This document shows, piece after piece, positions 50,563 to 60,564 of a stretch of DNA of 64,000 nucleotides. The notes below the pieces were generated by a model. It saw only the letters and a list, made by a program, of their open reading frames with translations, had not been told where the DNA came from and did no database searches. Source of the stretch: a virus. Each line of letters opens with the position of its first letter. The first letter of the stretch is position 1. Both the position numbers and the translations under genes were made by a program. Location: the IMG/VR virus record IMGVR_UViG_3300006990_000020, positions 1 through 64,000 of that record; one strand, given 5' to 3'.

Positions 50563-50943
50563 TTAAGAATTTTTATAGAGAAAGCTAATTATTGCTTCTC
50601 CACCAGGGTCGCTTGATGTTGTAGATACGACACTATATGTTACTTCGTCACCTGCACTAATAGGAAAAGAAAAAACTGCGTTCGTTTCTTGACTCACATC
50701 ATTTGCAGCAAAAACAGCATCAAAAATAATAGCTTGACTTGAAGAGCCAATGTTTTTATAAAATCTTAAAATAGTACTTCCCGTTCCCGTTGCATTATCT
50801 TTCAATTCACAAACGATCTTGTTTAAAACAATATCGATTTTAGGCACCCAAGGAGTACTACTATTACCGACATTAAACTTCTTTTTAATATAAAGATCTT
50901 TTTGAAACGTTTCTTTATATTGAATTTGTTGTATATAAGTCAT
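50563..50943 (-). CDS. Small beta-sandwich virion protein (126 aa)
   Basis: ISAGDEVTYSV resembles CDSGDVITFAI at the end of the 366 aa protein. Confidence 0.6.
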   Translation of the reverse strand: MTYIQQIQYKETFQKDLYIKKKFNVGNSSTPWVPKIDIVLNKIVCELKDNATGTGSTILRFYKNIGSSSQAIIFDAVFAANDVSQETNAVFSFPISAGDEVTYSVVSTTSSDPGGEAIISFLYKNS

Positions 50944-50978
50944 TATATTTAATTAATACCTTTCCTCTTCAACCTAAC

Positions 50979-53843
50979 TTAAATAATGTACCAGTCTTTA
51001 CCAGAACTTCCACCAGAAACGATCGTATAACTATCGTATTGACTCATCGTAATACTTGTTTGACCGTCAATAAGATCATCAGTTCCACCCAAGGAGCCTC
51101 TTTGCTCTGCGTTTATAGTTACTTGACCAGAACCAATATTTTTAATATTATATTTAAATCCTGCAGAGATTGAATTGTTTGCTATGTTTGGAACTGTCCA
51201 AGCTAAAGCATTTGTACTATCAAAAACATAGATTTTTTCTATTTCTCCTGAGGTTGGTGCTGCTAATGTACCTGTAGCTGCTGAAGTGGATGTTAAACTT
51301 GGTAAAGATGATGACGATGAACCACCAGAAACAGTTGACCAGTATAAATTAACTTCATCTACAGGCGAACCACTATTTCCACCGTCTGTTGTTAAAATTT
51401 GACCTGCAGTTCCTGCGTCTGTTGGGAGTTTATATTCAGTTGTAGCACTAAGCTTACCGGGAGTTGACAAAGAAATATAGTTTTTGTTTTGTCCTACAGG
51501 GTTAGATGAGCCATCGCCTCCGTCGTAAAGTCTTAAAGAGCTATTGTAAACGTTCGAACCACTATTGTCTTGTGGTATAACTGACAAGGCACCAAGATCA
51601 GGCATCACAGAAATAAGATGATCTGACTGTAAAATTGTAGATTCCTGGCCGCTTAGTCCAACACCATAGTTTGCATAAAAGTCACTGTCAAATACTGCGT
51701 GCACAAGTCTTTTAGTTGAACCACCCAATCTAAACTGTGAGCATGTAATAGTTCCAGTTAAATTTAGACTTTGACTATCAACCCATTCAGCGCTTGTGTT
51801 GCTGTATGTTAACACAGCGTTGTCTGTTGGTAAAGCAACATTAACGTCAGAGAGATCGCCTATTTCATTAGGTGTAACGGGAGGAATATATCCTCTGTTG
51901 TAAAAAAAGTTTGGATGTGTATAATCATTGTCATAAACTTCTATTTCAATGAAACCTGATGACTTATTTAGTGTGACAGAAGTTGCCCCGGGGTGGGCTG
52001 TACTTCCTGCGCCAGCTGAGTATATGTATGTGTCTTTAGTTGATGCGTTCCAATCGTGTGGTCTAATTATTATGGTATGATTATTTTGATCTATAAAAGT
52101 AGATGCAATTTTTATTTTTTGGCCGGCCTTTAATCGAGAAGAACCCGTTGCAGTAACGTCAGGAAGAGTAAATGTATAAGTACCAATTGAGGAAGCAGTA
52201 ATTCCGGACGGCCAAAATATTCTGCTGTTATCAAAGTCTGCTACAGTTATGACTCTCTCATGTGTTGAATAAATACTATTACCAAATGCGTAAGTATTTC
52301 TACCGGTGGAAGTTATTGACCTTGAGTTTAGGTTTCCAGATAACCATTTACTACTAGATTCATCGTAATAAAGTGCATCATAATTTTCCGGAGAAGATGT
52401 TGTCACATCTGTTAGTGCTGAAAGTGTGCTAGCTCCTCCAGAACTTTGATCGACCCATGATAGCGCACCGCTACCATTAGTTTTAAGTATTTGGTCTGCA
52501 TTTCCGTCTGTATTTGGAAGTGTAAGTGTATAATTAGCTCCCGCGCTGTGGGGTGGGCCTTTAAGTGTAATACCATGACTGTTGTTCTCACAGTTTAGAA
52601 CAATTCGACCGCTACCGCTAGTAGTATTGCCTCGAATCTTAAATGAACCCGAGCCATCAGGTGCGACCTCAATATTGCCATTAGAAACCGAGCTTATAAG
52701 ATTTCCGTTGACATCCAAGTTTCCACCAAGCTGTGGTGTGGTGTCTTCAACAATATTTGAAAGGCTGCCAGCGCCAAGGCCTGCAACAAAATTAGCACGT
52801 GTCATTTTCTTAATTGCAGAAGCTGAACTGTCATAAATCAAAATTTCGTCTGCATCTTGTACCGATGTTTCAACTGTTTGACCGTTAATATCGACGTTTA
52901 GTGTATTACCTGTTTTTGTTAAAGCATCTCCTGCTGAGATTTGTCCTGCACTTGAAAATTTTACAAACTCAACGTCAGACGTACCAACTGTTACGATACT
53001 ATCAGTAGACAGAACAAATCCTGCGTCTGCATTGTTATTCCCCTCTTCAACAAAGAAAAAAGCACCTGAGTTAAACTCAGCTGGCACATCCATATCAGAA
53101 CTTCTTGTTAAAGTTAACGTGCTTCCAGACTTATCACCTACTGTATATATGCCATTCCATCTATTTGAAACGCCAGAGCTGTTTGAATCAACACCGTCTT
53201 TAATTAAGACTCTATCCCCATCGTCTAAATTAATACCGTCAACTTCATATGAGTTCGTCGATGAATCAAATCCTCCTTCACCATTTACTAGAGTTAATGT
53301 TGTACTACTAGCAGTCGAAGACATTGTAAAAGAAGTAGTTGTTGCTGCTCTAACAGAGTCATATATGTCAAGACCTGATGCTACGGAGTCTACATAACTT
53401 TTTGTTGCAGCATGCTGGTCAGCAGTAGGAACATTATTAATTAATAAAGTGTCAGTTACAATATTGCCAAAAGTAACTGTGTCACTTGTTGATAAACCGA
53501 GAGTAGATCTAACTGTTGAAGGATCTTCATATCCAAATGCACCCTGTGCTGTTGAAACTATAAATTTATCTGCAGCATCAACTTCTGATAATTGATTTAG
53601 ATCCTCTAACGTGCCAGTGATTGGGCTAGACTGCGATGAGATTGTATATTGACTACCTGCAGTTGTTGTCTTAGTTATAGTAATGTTGTTACCTGCTGCA
53701 ATTAAGTCACTGCCTTCAGTGTTAACTAATTCATCAAAAGATCCGGAAACAGCATTGATTTCTTTCCACGTAAGATTACTACTACCTTTTATACCTATTT
53801 TTCCTTCGCCATCTGCGCGAGGAACTAAATTTTTTGTCGTCAT
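50979..53843 (-). CDS. Mosaic tail/head fibre protein (954 aa)
   Basis: AATKSYVD, DGDRVLIKD...NGIY, DTTPQLGGNLD, YTLTLPNTDGNADQILKTNGSGALSW, LSALTDV/LSDV fibre modules; GGAG SD. Confidence 0.8.
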   Translation of the reverse strand: MTTKNLVPRADGEGKIGIKGSSNLTWKEINAVSGSFDELVNTEGSDLIAAGNNITITKTTTAGSQYTISSQSSPITGTLEDLNQLSEVDAADKFIVSTAQGAFGYEDPSTVRSTLGLSTSDTVTFGNIVTDTLLINNVPTADQHAATKSYVDSVASGLDIYDSVRAATTTSFTMSSTASSTTLTLVNGEGGFDSSTNSYEVDGINLDDGDRVLIKDGVDSNSSGVSNRWNGIYTVGDKSGSTLTLTRSSDMDVPAEFNSGAFFFVEEGNNNADAGFVLSTDSIVTVGTSDVEFVKFSSAGQISAGDALTKTGNTLNVDINGQTVETSVQDADEILIYDSSASAIKKMTRANFVAGLGAGSLSNIVEDTTPQLGGNLDVNGNLISSVSNGNIEVAPDGSGSFKIRGNTTSGSGRIVLNCENNSHGITLKGPPHSAGANYTLTLPNTDGNADQILKTNGSGALSWVDQSSGGASTLSALTDVTTSSPENYDALYYDESSSKWLSGNLNSRSITSTGRNTYAFGNSIYSTHERVITVADFDNSRIFWPSGITASSIGTYTFTLPDVTATGSSRLKAGQKIKIASTFIDQNNHTIIIRPHDWNASTKDTYIYSAGAGSTAHPGATSVTLNKSSGFIEIEVYDNDYTHPNFFYNRGYIPPVTPNEIGDLSDVNVALPTDNAVLTYSNTSAEWVDSQSLNLTGTITCSQFRLGGSTKRLVHAVFDSDFYANYGVGLSGQESTILQSDHLISVMPDLGALSVIPQDNSGSNVYNSSLRLYDGGDGSSNPVGQNKNYISLSTPGKLSATTEYKLPTDAGTAGQILTTDGGNSGSPVDEVNLYWSTVSGGSSSSSLPSLTSTSAATGTLAAPTSGEIEKIYVFDSTNALAWTVPNIANNSISAGFKYNIKNIGSGQVTINAEQRGSLGGTDDLIDGQTSITMSQYDSYTIVSGGSSGKDWYII

Positions 53844-53870
53844 ATTGTATTTGCTCCAGTTTATTTAATA

Positions 53871-53879
53871 CTAATTATT
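53871..53879 (-). promoter_or_regulatory. AATAATTAG candidate late-promoter motif
   Basis: Intergenic, upstream of the 954 aa fibre gene. Confidence 0.5.
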
Positions 53880-53908
53880 AACACAAATATGTTTATGCTT
53901 TATATCTG

Positions 53909-54490
53909 TTAACTATTTAAATTATACCCGTTATTTGCATAAGGATTATGAAAATAAAATCCAGTGCCATCACGACCTGTATTAGATAACTCTGCGGACT
54001 GTAATGATCCTGTTGGGCCGCTAAAGTCTATTCTAAATGCATCTCCTCCACCTCTGTCACCCACCATTGCTTTAATAGCATAAAAGACTCCTGCAGTAAG
54101 CGTAACAGACCCGTCGCTATTAATTTCGCCATGCGCACCACCAGCATCACAAAGTGCATTGTTTTTATTTAAGTTCCATTCTAATGGCTCTGCGTTTGAA
54201 CCAACCCATAAATAACCTGCATCATCACATCTTATTCTAAAGTGCCATGTCCCAGAGACATCAGGTCTAAATAAACCACAGATCACATGAGTATCAAGGT
54301 CTGAAATTGTTCCTGATCTGTTGACTTGCGCTAGCACGCCTTCGTCAACCCAAGACTCGTCTAAATATCCTTCTAATCTACTAGGATCGTCATTTGTACC
54401 TTCATGATCACCAGAATTGTCTGTGTTTATATAACGATCGAACTTCCTTATATACAAACCACTTACTAATTTCTTTCTAAACACAATCAT
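53909..54490 (-). CDS. Stand-alone PA14/GLEYA-type carbohydrate-binding domain protein
   Basis: GLFRPDVSGTWHFRIRCDDAGYLWVG, GGAHG, LTAGVFYAI match the PA14 pattern (adjacent Asp-Asp). Confidence 0.78.
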   Translation of the reverse strand: MIVFRKKLVSGLYIRKFDRYINTDNSGDHEGTNDDPSRLEGYLDESWVDEGVLAQVNRSGTISDLDTHVICGLFRPDVSGTWHFRIRCDDAGYLWVGSNAEPLEWNLNKNNALCDAGGAHGEINSDGSVTLTAGVFYAIKAMVGDRGGGDAFRIDFSGPTGSLQSAELSNTGRDGTGFYFHNPYANNGYNLNS

Positions 54491-54496
54491 TCTGGA

Positions 54497-55597
54497 TTAA
54501 GTCCTCACTAAGTGCAAGTTAGCTCTTAAACCTTGCGCGTTTGCAGGAGTTGTTGTTATTGCAAATGTAATTACGTCACCACTGTCACAGACTGCATTAG
54601 TAACAGTGGTTGTGGTTGCAGAAGTGTTTGTTCCTGATAGTGATAAACTTATCATAGAATTACTATCTGTTGTATTTGTAACAGTTATAGTTACATTTCC
54701 GCTCGTCGTGTGTTGATCTAGATAAAGGTCTAATCCTGTAACTGTCAACCCATATGGACAGTTAAATCTAAAAGCGTTTGTATCTGTTTGAACATCTAAA
54801 CCTGGAATACTAAGTTCTGTCACAATAGACTCAGGTAAACTACTAAAACTTACCACGCCTAATCCATCTGTCGATAAAAATTGACCGCTACTGCCATCAG
54901 ATGTTGGAAGCGTATAGGGACTAGCACTAGATTGATCATTGACATCGCCTATAAAAAAGTATCCTTGATCCAGATTAGGCGTTGCATTTGTTCTACCTGC
55001 TCCCCCTACAATCAATTCACCATTGCTGCTGTGTGATTTTATTATTTTCCCTATATTTTGTATTAGACTACTGCCTGCTGGCGGTGTGTTAACAAAACCA
55101 CCTGGAGTTAAATCACTTACATAAAGAGTGTCACCTTCACTATAAGATGTATTTGTGTCTATTCCTTTAAAAAGACCACTGTAGACAACATAACCCTCTT
55201 GCTCAGCTGCAATGTCATGCTGTACAAATCCAAATGCAGGCATTGTTGCGGATGAGCTTGAAGAAGCCAAAGAAACTTCAGGCTTATTTCCACTATGACC
55301 TGTAATACACACAATTTGTCCTTTCAAAAGCGTAGTTGTTGATGACGGGTTCTTAACAGGAAAAGAAAGTGCTTTAGGTAAAGAATCACCTTGAAGAAGA
55401 GCGATATCTCCATCTTCGTCTGGGAAAGTAATTGTTCTATCACTTGTTGGGTCTGTGATTGCTATCTCAAGCTCAAAATTATTATCTGTTGAACCTTCAA
55501 AAGCTAAGCCGCCGCTACTAATAACCATCCTATCTGTAGGCTTGATTACTTTTGTTCTTCCGTTATCATAGTAGCTAAATTTACTAATGTCCGTCAT
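54497..55597 (-). CDS. Fibre/decoration protein (366 aa)
   Basis: DPTSDRTITFPD; cement-like GQIV...PAFGFV...GDTLYVS...IQNIG; YTLPTSDGSSGQFLSTDG. Confidence 0.65.
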   Translation of the reverse strand: MTDISKFSYYDNGRTKVIKPTDRMVISSGGLAFEGSTDNNFELEIAITDPTSDRTITFPDEDGDIALLQGDSLPKALSFPVKNPSSTTTLLKGQIVCITGHSGNKPEVSLASSSSSATMPAFGFVQHDIAAEQEGYVVYSGLFKGIDTNTSYSEGDTLYVSDLTPGGFVNTPPAGSSLIQNIGKIIKSHSSNGELIVGGAGRTNATPNLDQGYFFIGDVNDQSSASPYTLPTSDGSSGQFLSTDGLGVVSFSSLPESIVTELSIPGLDVQTDTNAFRFNCPYGLTVTGLDLYLDQHTTSGNVTITVTNTTDSNSMISLSLSGTNTSATTTTVTNAVCDSGDVITFAITTTPANAQGLRANLHLVRT

Positions 55598-55602
55598 TTA
55601 AA

Positions 55603-56436
55603 TTACTCCTTTGTTGTTATGTTTCCGTTGTCATCAAACTCAAAATACAAGTCTCTAGCATCGTTTCTTTTAGTAGTAACGTATTTTATTGTATTTATTA
55701 TGTTGTCGTTATCTAGCGTCATATTGAAGTCAAGAGAAAATAGTCCGGTGTCACCGTCCAAAATTTTAGTTGCTCTTAAATTGTCACTATTAGCCGGGTC
55801 TGGCTCCCAAAGAGAACTTAGTGATGAATTACTTGTTTCGTTAGACTTTTTTCCAATATAAATAAAAGCTTCAATATAGTCAGGATCAGCGCTGTTTGTA
55901 CCTTCTCCTGGGTTTTGTTGAAAGAATACACCGTTGAAATAATCAAAATACCAGTATCTTTCATCTGTGACTGTTATTAATTCTCCACTACCTTTCGTAG
56001 TAGCATCTCCGCCAATATAAGCTTTAACCTCATATACTACACCAAAAGAGGGTGGAACTATTTGAACATCTCCTGCAGATGAATGAATTGCTTTGTTACT
56101 TATAAAGTTGCCTTCTCCTGACTTATCGCTTGTTGACGAAGATGAGTAGTTCGCAGGAAGACTAGAAAAGTAACCATGATATAGAGGCCCAGGTTGCACA
56201 GCTTCTGGAGCAAAGGAAAGAGGAAGCCTTACATATTCAACAATGTCGTCAGTTACGTCATAAAGATTTTCATTTAATGGGTTGGCAGGTATTACTTCAC
56301 CAAAAACAGTCTGAGCACTAATTGTAATACCTGTAGTTTTAGGTTCGTTAAAAACTTCAGCTTGATTTTTTGTATGTGCTTTCCCAGAAAGCTTTTTTAA
56401 GGAAATTTGTTGTCGAGTGTCACTTGTAAAACTCAT
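55603..56436 (-). CDS. Hypothetical virion protein (277 aa)
   Basis: WYFDYFNGVFFQQ, AFIYIG; within the fibre block. Confidence 0.6.
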   Translation of the reverse strand: MSFTSDTRQQISLKKLSGKAHTKNQAEVFNEPKTTGITISAQTVFGEVIPANPLNENLYDVTDDIVEYVRLPLSFAPEAVQPGPLYHGYFSSLPANYSSSSTSDKSGEGNFISNKAIHSSAGDVQIVPPSFGVVYEVKAYIGGDATTKGSGELITVTDERYWYFDYFNGVFFQQNPGEGTNSADPDYIEAFIYIGKKSNETSNSSLSSLWEPDPANSDNLRATKILDGDTGLFSLDFNMTLDNDNIINTIKYVTTKRNDARDLYFEFDDNGNITTKE

Positions 56437-56439
56437 TTT

Positions 56440-59400
56440 TTAGCTCCAGACTAATTCTATTCTGTTTATATCACCAGACCAATTTTGTCCAGCTACGATT
56501 TTAACGATAACTTCGTCTCCCGGAAAAACATAAACAGTACCAAAAGTTACGTTATTTGTTATACCTAAACCAGAATTTCCTACAGTAGAAGTCAAACTTC
56601 CACTTAAACAGCCGTCGTTGTCTTGAAACTGTGCAGTTGCAAAAGGTATTGCTAAATCTAGAAAACCAGTACTTTGACTGTTTGTAGTAGTAGGTAATTT
56701 AATAAATACATTAATATTATTTCCTGTTAAAGAAACAGTGTTGTCAACTATAGATGCATTATTTCCTTTGATTTTTAAACTAAAACCGAATTTTGATGCA
56801 CCTGAGTTGTTTTCAAATTTTCTATAAAAAGTTCTATTGCCTGATGTTATAGAGTAATTAGGGTTTGCAGTAGGTCCAACTAGTGATGCACTATTACTAA
56901 AGTTTGATGTTGGGTAAATCAATTTATTATCAAAAAACTGCAATCCTGTATTAAAGTTTGCATTTAAACCTGTCAAGCTTTCTAATGAAGACCAAGAACC
57001 ATTACTAATGTCTGTTTGACCGTTGTATACGTCGTCTTTGAGTCTATAAGTCTCTGCAGAAAAATCTTCAACCAAAGCAGTCTCAGTATCGTTAACTGTG
57101 TAAATCAAAGGACTTGCAGACTGTACACTATTGCTTGTAAAAGATACACTCAAAGGATGTCTAACACGACAAGACACTTCAGCATTCAACAAGCTCCCAG
57201 GGATTGATTTAACAATATCAAAATCAATTAATGCATTAATATTTATGTCTTCGTCGTAAGCAGAAGAAACATTTACGTCCAAATCAGGTAACACACTTGA
57301 TGATGCATTATAAATACTGTTGACAATGCCTGTTCCATTTACATCGATTGATGTAACCGTAGAATTACTTGTGATTGGAAAAGAAATAGCCGTGCTTGAG
57401 CTGTCATAAATATTTTTATAAGCATTAGATACTGTTGTTTGACAAGTTGCTCGAGCTGAAGAGAAGTAATTTACTCCTGATAGATAGTTGGGTGGTGTAG
57501 TTCCTTGCACAAAAGTATTTGTAGGAATTGCAAGCGGGGTAAATGACATAGATGAATATTCGCTATTTACCCATTCAACATAGTTTGTTTCAAATACATT
57601 TGTTCCTCCATCAAGATCGTGAATTACTCTTGCATAATTCCATCCGTATCTCTGATCTGAAGTGTTGATTTGATAACTTCCTGTTCTGTAAAAGTATCGA
57701 TAATCAGGCAAGTTATTATTGTCTCTACCTACAAGTGCTTCTGTTATATTAAGGAAACCTGTGTTGTTTGAGTTTAAAGAGTTACCGCTGGAAAACGTAA
57801 ATAAGTTAACTGTACATTGGGGGATGATTGTTCCGTTGACTTCAAGCTTTAACTCTCCAACATTTGCTTTTCCGCCTCCCCAAGCGTTTGCTGGGTAGTT
57901 ATTTCCTTGTGACGACGTTGTTTCATTTATTTCCCCGTTTATCGATACAGATCCATCAAATATGCCTCTTCTAAGATTATTAGAAAATGACGTCATCCTA
58001 TATTCATCATTAGCATTAACTTGGTTTGAGCTACCTAAACTTCCAACATTTTGGTATGAGCTTTTAGCAAGGTTTGCACCAAAGCTTAGATTTCCTGTAA
58101 CACCTGAGTTATTAGAATCTATATTGGTTGTGTCAGGAGACGGCAAAACAGAACCAACAGCTCCAAAGTTAACATTCAAGTAATCTATTTCTCCAAGCCA
58201 AGTCTTGTTAGACTCTACTTTGACAAGAATCGATTCATTGTTACCAATTGCAGATGTTCCAAACGTTAAGTAGTTATTTGGGTTTTGTGATATATTGTTA
58301 GTAAAAGATCCAATCTTACCACCACTACCATCTGGATTTATTGTGTTATAAGAAAAGTCTGTTGCTGTGTCTAACCAAGATGAAGACCCTGGGAGTTTAA
58401 AATAAAGCTTAAAGTTGTTATTGTTACTTCCTAAACTAGTAGAATGAGAAAGTATTTGACCTACACCACTAATATTATAGCGAATGTCTCTGACTTCACT
58501 TCCCGTAGTATTTGTATATTTTCTTATATATCTTTTAGTGCCAGCGTTTATATTCCCGTTAGAATAATCTGGATTACCTGATGGTCCGTTTAACAAAGTA
58601 GAAAAATTTCCACTATTTATAATGTTTGTATTTTTCGTAGACATGAGTTTGTCATTATAGACAAGAAGACCGTCGTCATATCCAGAATTACCGGATGTTA
58701 TTCGTTGTGTTGAGGACCATTGATTTGATGTGTTGCTGATATCAGATTGATTGTTAAATGTTGTACTAATTAGTCTGTGACTTTCATCTCTAAACTCCTC
58801 ACTAGTATTGTTACTAAAGCTTGATGAATTGTCAATTAAAATTTCTGACTGGCTTGACAAAGTTAAACTCTGGTTAATCGATTTGTATGGGTGAAAAACA
58901 CTACAGCCTACTTCAATACCTGGGTTTGCTTCAGTAATAATTCTACCTGAACTTGGTAGACTTATTGTTCCTGTGCTTTGTACATTCAAGTTTTTAGTAT
59001 GATCTTCAGTTGCTATATTAATTTGACTAATACTAGAATCAGGAAACAAAATAGAAGATCCGCTAGGCATGGAAGAAGCATCAATGCTAGACGCAATTGT
59101 GCTGTAAGTATATTTATAGAAATTAGATATACTTGCAGAGTAATCTGCAGTACCGCCAGTAAAATATTCTACTCCGCTTAGATGTTTACTACCTGCTAGA
59201 TTTAAAGTTAATCCAGAAGATAAAACAGATAAATTTTCGTTATTGTCGTCATTTACCCACTGCGCAAACCCAGTTATTTTATCGACCTGACCAGGTATTA
59301 CATGTTTAACTTGTACATAGTTAAAACCATTGACTTGATCTGCATGATGAATAATCCAGTTGCCAGTTCTATGAGTAAAAGTAGAAAATTCTTGTTCAGA

Positions 59401-60345
59401 TGCAAACTTTCCTGGAGATGATTCACTTAAGTTTTTGAAACCGCTACCGTTAGAGTTTAAATGGTTTCCTGTTCCCGATCCTGGGGCACCTAGTCCTACA
59501 GAAGTCGTTAAATCAATAGAATGGATTTCATTACCATTTAGAAAAAGCTTGAGCTCTCCTTCATTTGCTGAAGAAAAGGAGTTCTCAGGATAGTTTACAA
59601 TATTATTTGTATAAACATCACTGCTCTGTAGGTCGTTCAGTACTCCTTCAATATTTGTTGTTTTTCGAAAAACACCGAGCTTGTAATGAAGTTTATCATT
59701 AGTTGTTTGTGAATTTTCTGCCTGATACAAACCATTGACATCAACGACTGGGTATCCTTCGAGCGCAATAACAGAAGTATATCCAGGTGATTGATCATTA
59801 TTTAGCCCAAAAGATAAATAAGAGCTTAGTGCAGGTGGTGACGGATCTTCGACTGTGAAGTCTTGGAGTTCCGGAGCTTGTCTTGGTGCTAAGCCTTTTA
59901 AAACTTCATTAAATCTGTCGACTACAGTCCCAACAGAAGTATTGTCTGTAAAGTCTGTAAAGAGTCCGTCTAAATAACTACCGTCTTCTGCTGTCCCTAT
60001 ATTTATTCCTCCAGAATGTATAATAGAACCAGAAACTGATAGAGAGCCTGTTGAAACAGCATCTACTTCAACGACATGATTTTCAGTATATAAAGTTCCA
60101 CTTACTACTACATCGCCGCCAAACAAAGTTACAGACTTATCTGAGTTATTTTCTTTGCCATCTATTGCTCCACTGACAAATAGGAAAACATCAGATCCAA
60201 CGTTAGATAAAAGTCCTGACGGGACTGATCCTTCATTGTCAGGTGCATCTGTGTCTGCATAAACTGTTATTTTAGGATTCGGTGCGGATCCTGAGCCAAT
60301 TAAGGCTTTGGTTCTAATCTGATCACTTAAAAAGTCTTTTGCCAT
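56440..60345 (-). CDS. Large virion structural/adhesin protein with internal duplication (1301 aa)
   Basis: N/S/G/T-rich; two ~570-580 aa homologous halves after an N-terminal FGGDVVVSGTL segment. Confidence 0.7.
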   Translation of the reverse strand: MAKDFLSDQIRTKALIGSGSAPNPKITVYADTDAPDNEGSVPSGLLSNVGSDVFLFVSGAIDGKENNSDKSVTLFGGDVVVSGTLYTENHVVEVDAVSTGSLSVSGSIIHSGGINIGTAEDGSYLDGLFTDFTDNTSVGTVVDRFNEVLKGLAPRQAPELQDFTVEDPSPPALSSYLSFGLNNDQSPGYTSVIALEGYPVVDVNGLYQAENSQTTNDKLHYKLGVFRKTTNIEGVLNDLQSSDVYTNNIVNYPENSFSSANEGELKLFLNGNEIHSIDLTTSVGLGAPGSGTGNHLNSNGSGFKNLSESSPGKFASEQEFSTFTHRTGNWIIHHADQVNGFNYVQVKHVIPGQVDKITGFAQWVNDDNNENLSVLSSGLTLNLAGSKHLSGVEYFTGGTADYSASISNFYKYTYSTIASSIDASSMPSGSSILFPDSSISQINIATEDHTKNLNVQSTGTISLPSSGRIITEANPGIEVGCSVFHPYKSINQSLTLSSQSEILIDNSSSFSNNTSEEFRDESHRLISTTFNNQSDISNTSNQWSSTQRITSGNSGYDDGLLVYNDKLMSTKNTNIINSGNFSTLLNGPSGNPDYSNGNINAGTKRYIRKYTNTTGSEVRDIRYNISGVGQILSHSTSLGSNNNNFKLYFKLPGSSSWLDTATDFSYNTINPDGSGGKIGSFTNNISQNPNNYLTFGTSAIGNNESILVKVESNKTWLGEIDYLNVNFGAVGSVLPSPDTTNIDSNNSGVTGNLSFGANLAKSSYQNVGSLGSSNQVNANDEYRMTSFSNNLRRGIFDGSVSINGEINETTSSQGNNYPANAWGGGKANVGELKLEVNGTIIPQCTVNLFTFSSGNSLNSNNTGFLNITEALVGRDNNNLPDYRYFYRTGSYQINTSDQRYGWNYARVIHDLDGGTNVFETNYVEWVNSEYSSMSFTPLAIPTNTFVQGTTPPNYLSGVNYFSSARATCQTTVSNAYKNIYDSSSTAISFPITSNSTVTSIDVNGTGIVNSIYNASSSVLPDLDVNVSSAYDEDININALIDFDIVKSIPGSLLNAEVSCRVRHPLSVSFTSNSVQSASPLIYTVNDTETALVEDFSAETYRLKDDVYNGQTDISNGSWSSLESLTGLNANFNTGLQFFDNKLIYPTSNFSNSASLVGPTANPNYSITSGNRTFYRKFENNSGASKFGFSLKIKGNNASIVDNTVSLTGNNINVFIKLPTTTNSQSTGFLDLAIPFATAQFQDNDGCLSGSLTSTVGNSGLGITNNVTFGTVYVFPGDEVIVKIVAGQNWSGDINRIELVWS

Positions 60346-60563
60346 TACGATTCGCTTTCTATTGCAATATAGTTAACAGTTAATTCTAAATCATTGTTTT
60401 TCTGTACAACAAAAAAACTATTTTGAACGTCTGCTAAATATAAGCTTGTATTGTTATTAGGTGTTAGTTTAATTACAGGTAAGCTTGCAAACGCTTCTTC
60501 GAAAGTAACAGTTTTTTCTCTTTCTCCAGCAGAAAAGCTTATTATTCCTCTAGCAAAGCTCAT
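60345..60563 (-). CDS. Small beta-sandwich protein (H-type lectin/fibre-tip-like)
   Basis: KTVTFEEAFASLPVIKLT...VNYIAI pattern. Confidence 0.6.
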   Translation of the reverse strand: MSFARGIISFSAGEREKTVTFEEAFASLPVIKLTPNNNTSLYLADVQNSFFVVQKNNDLELTVNYIAIESES

Positions 60564-60564
60564 A

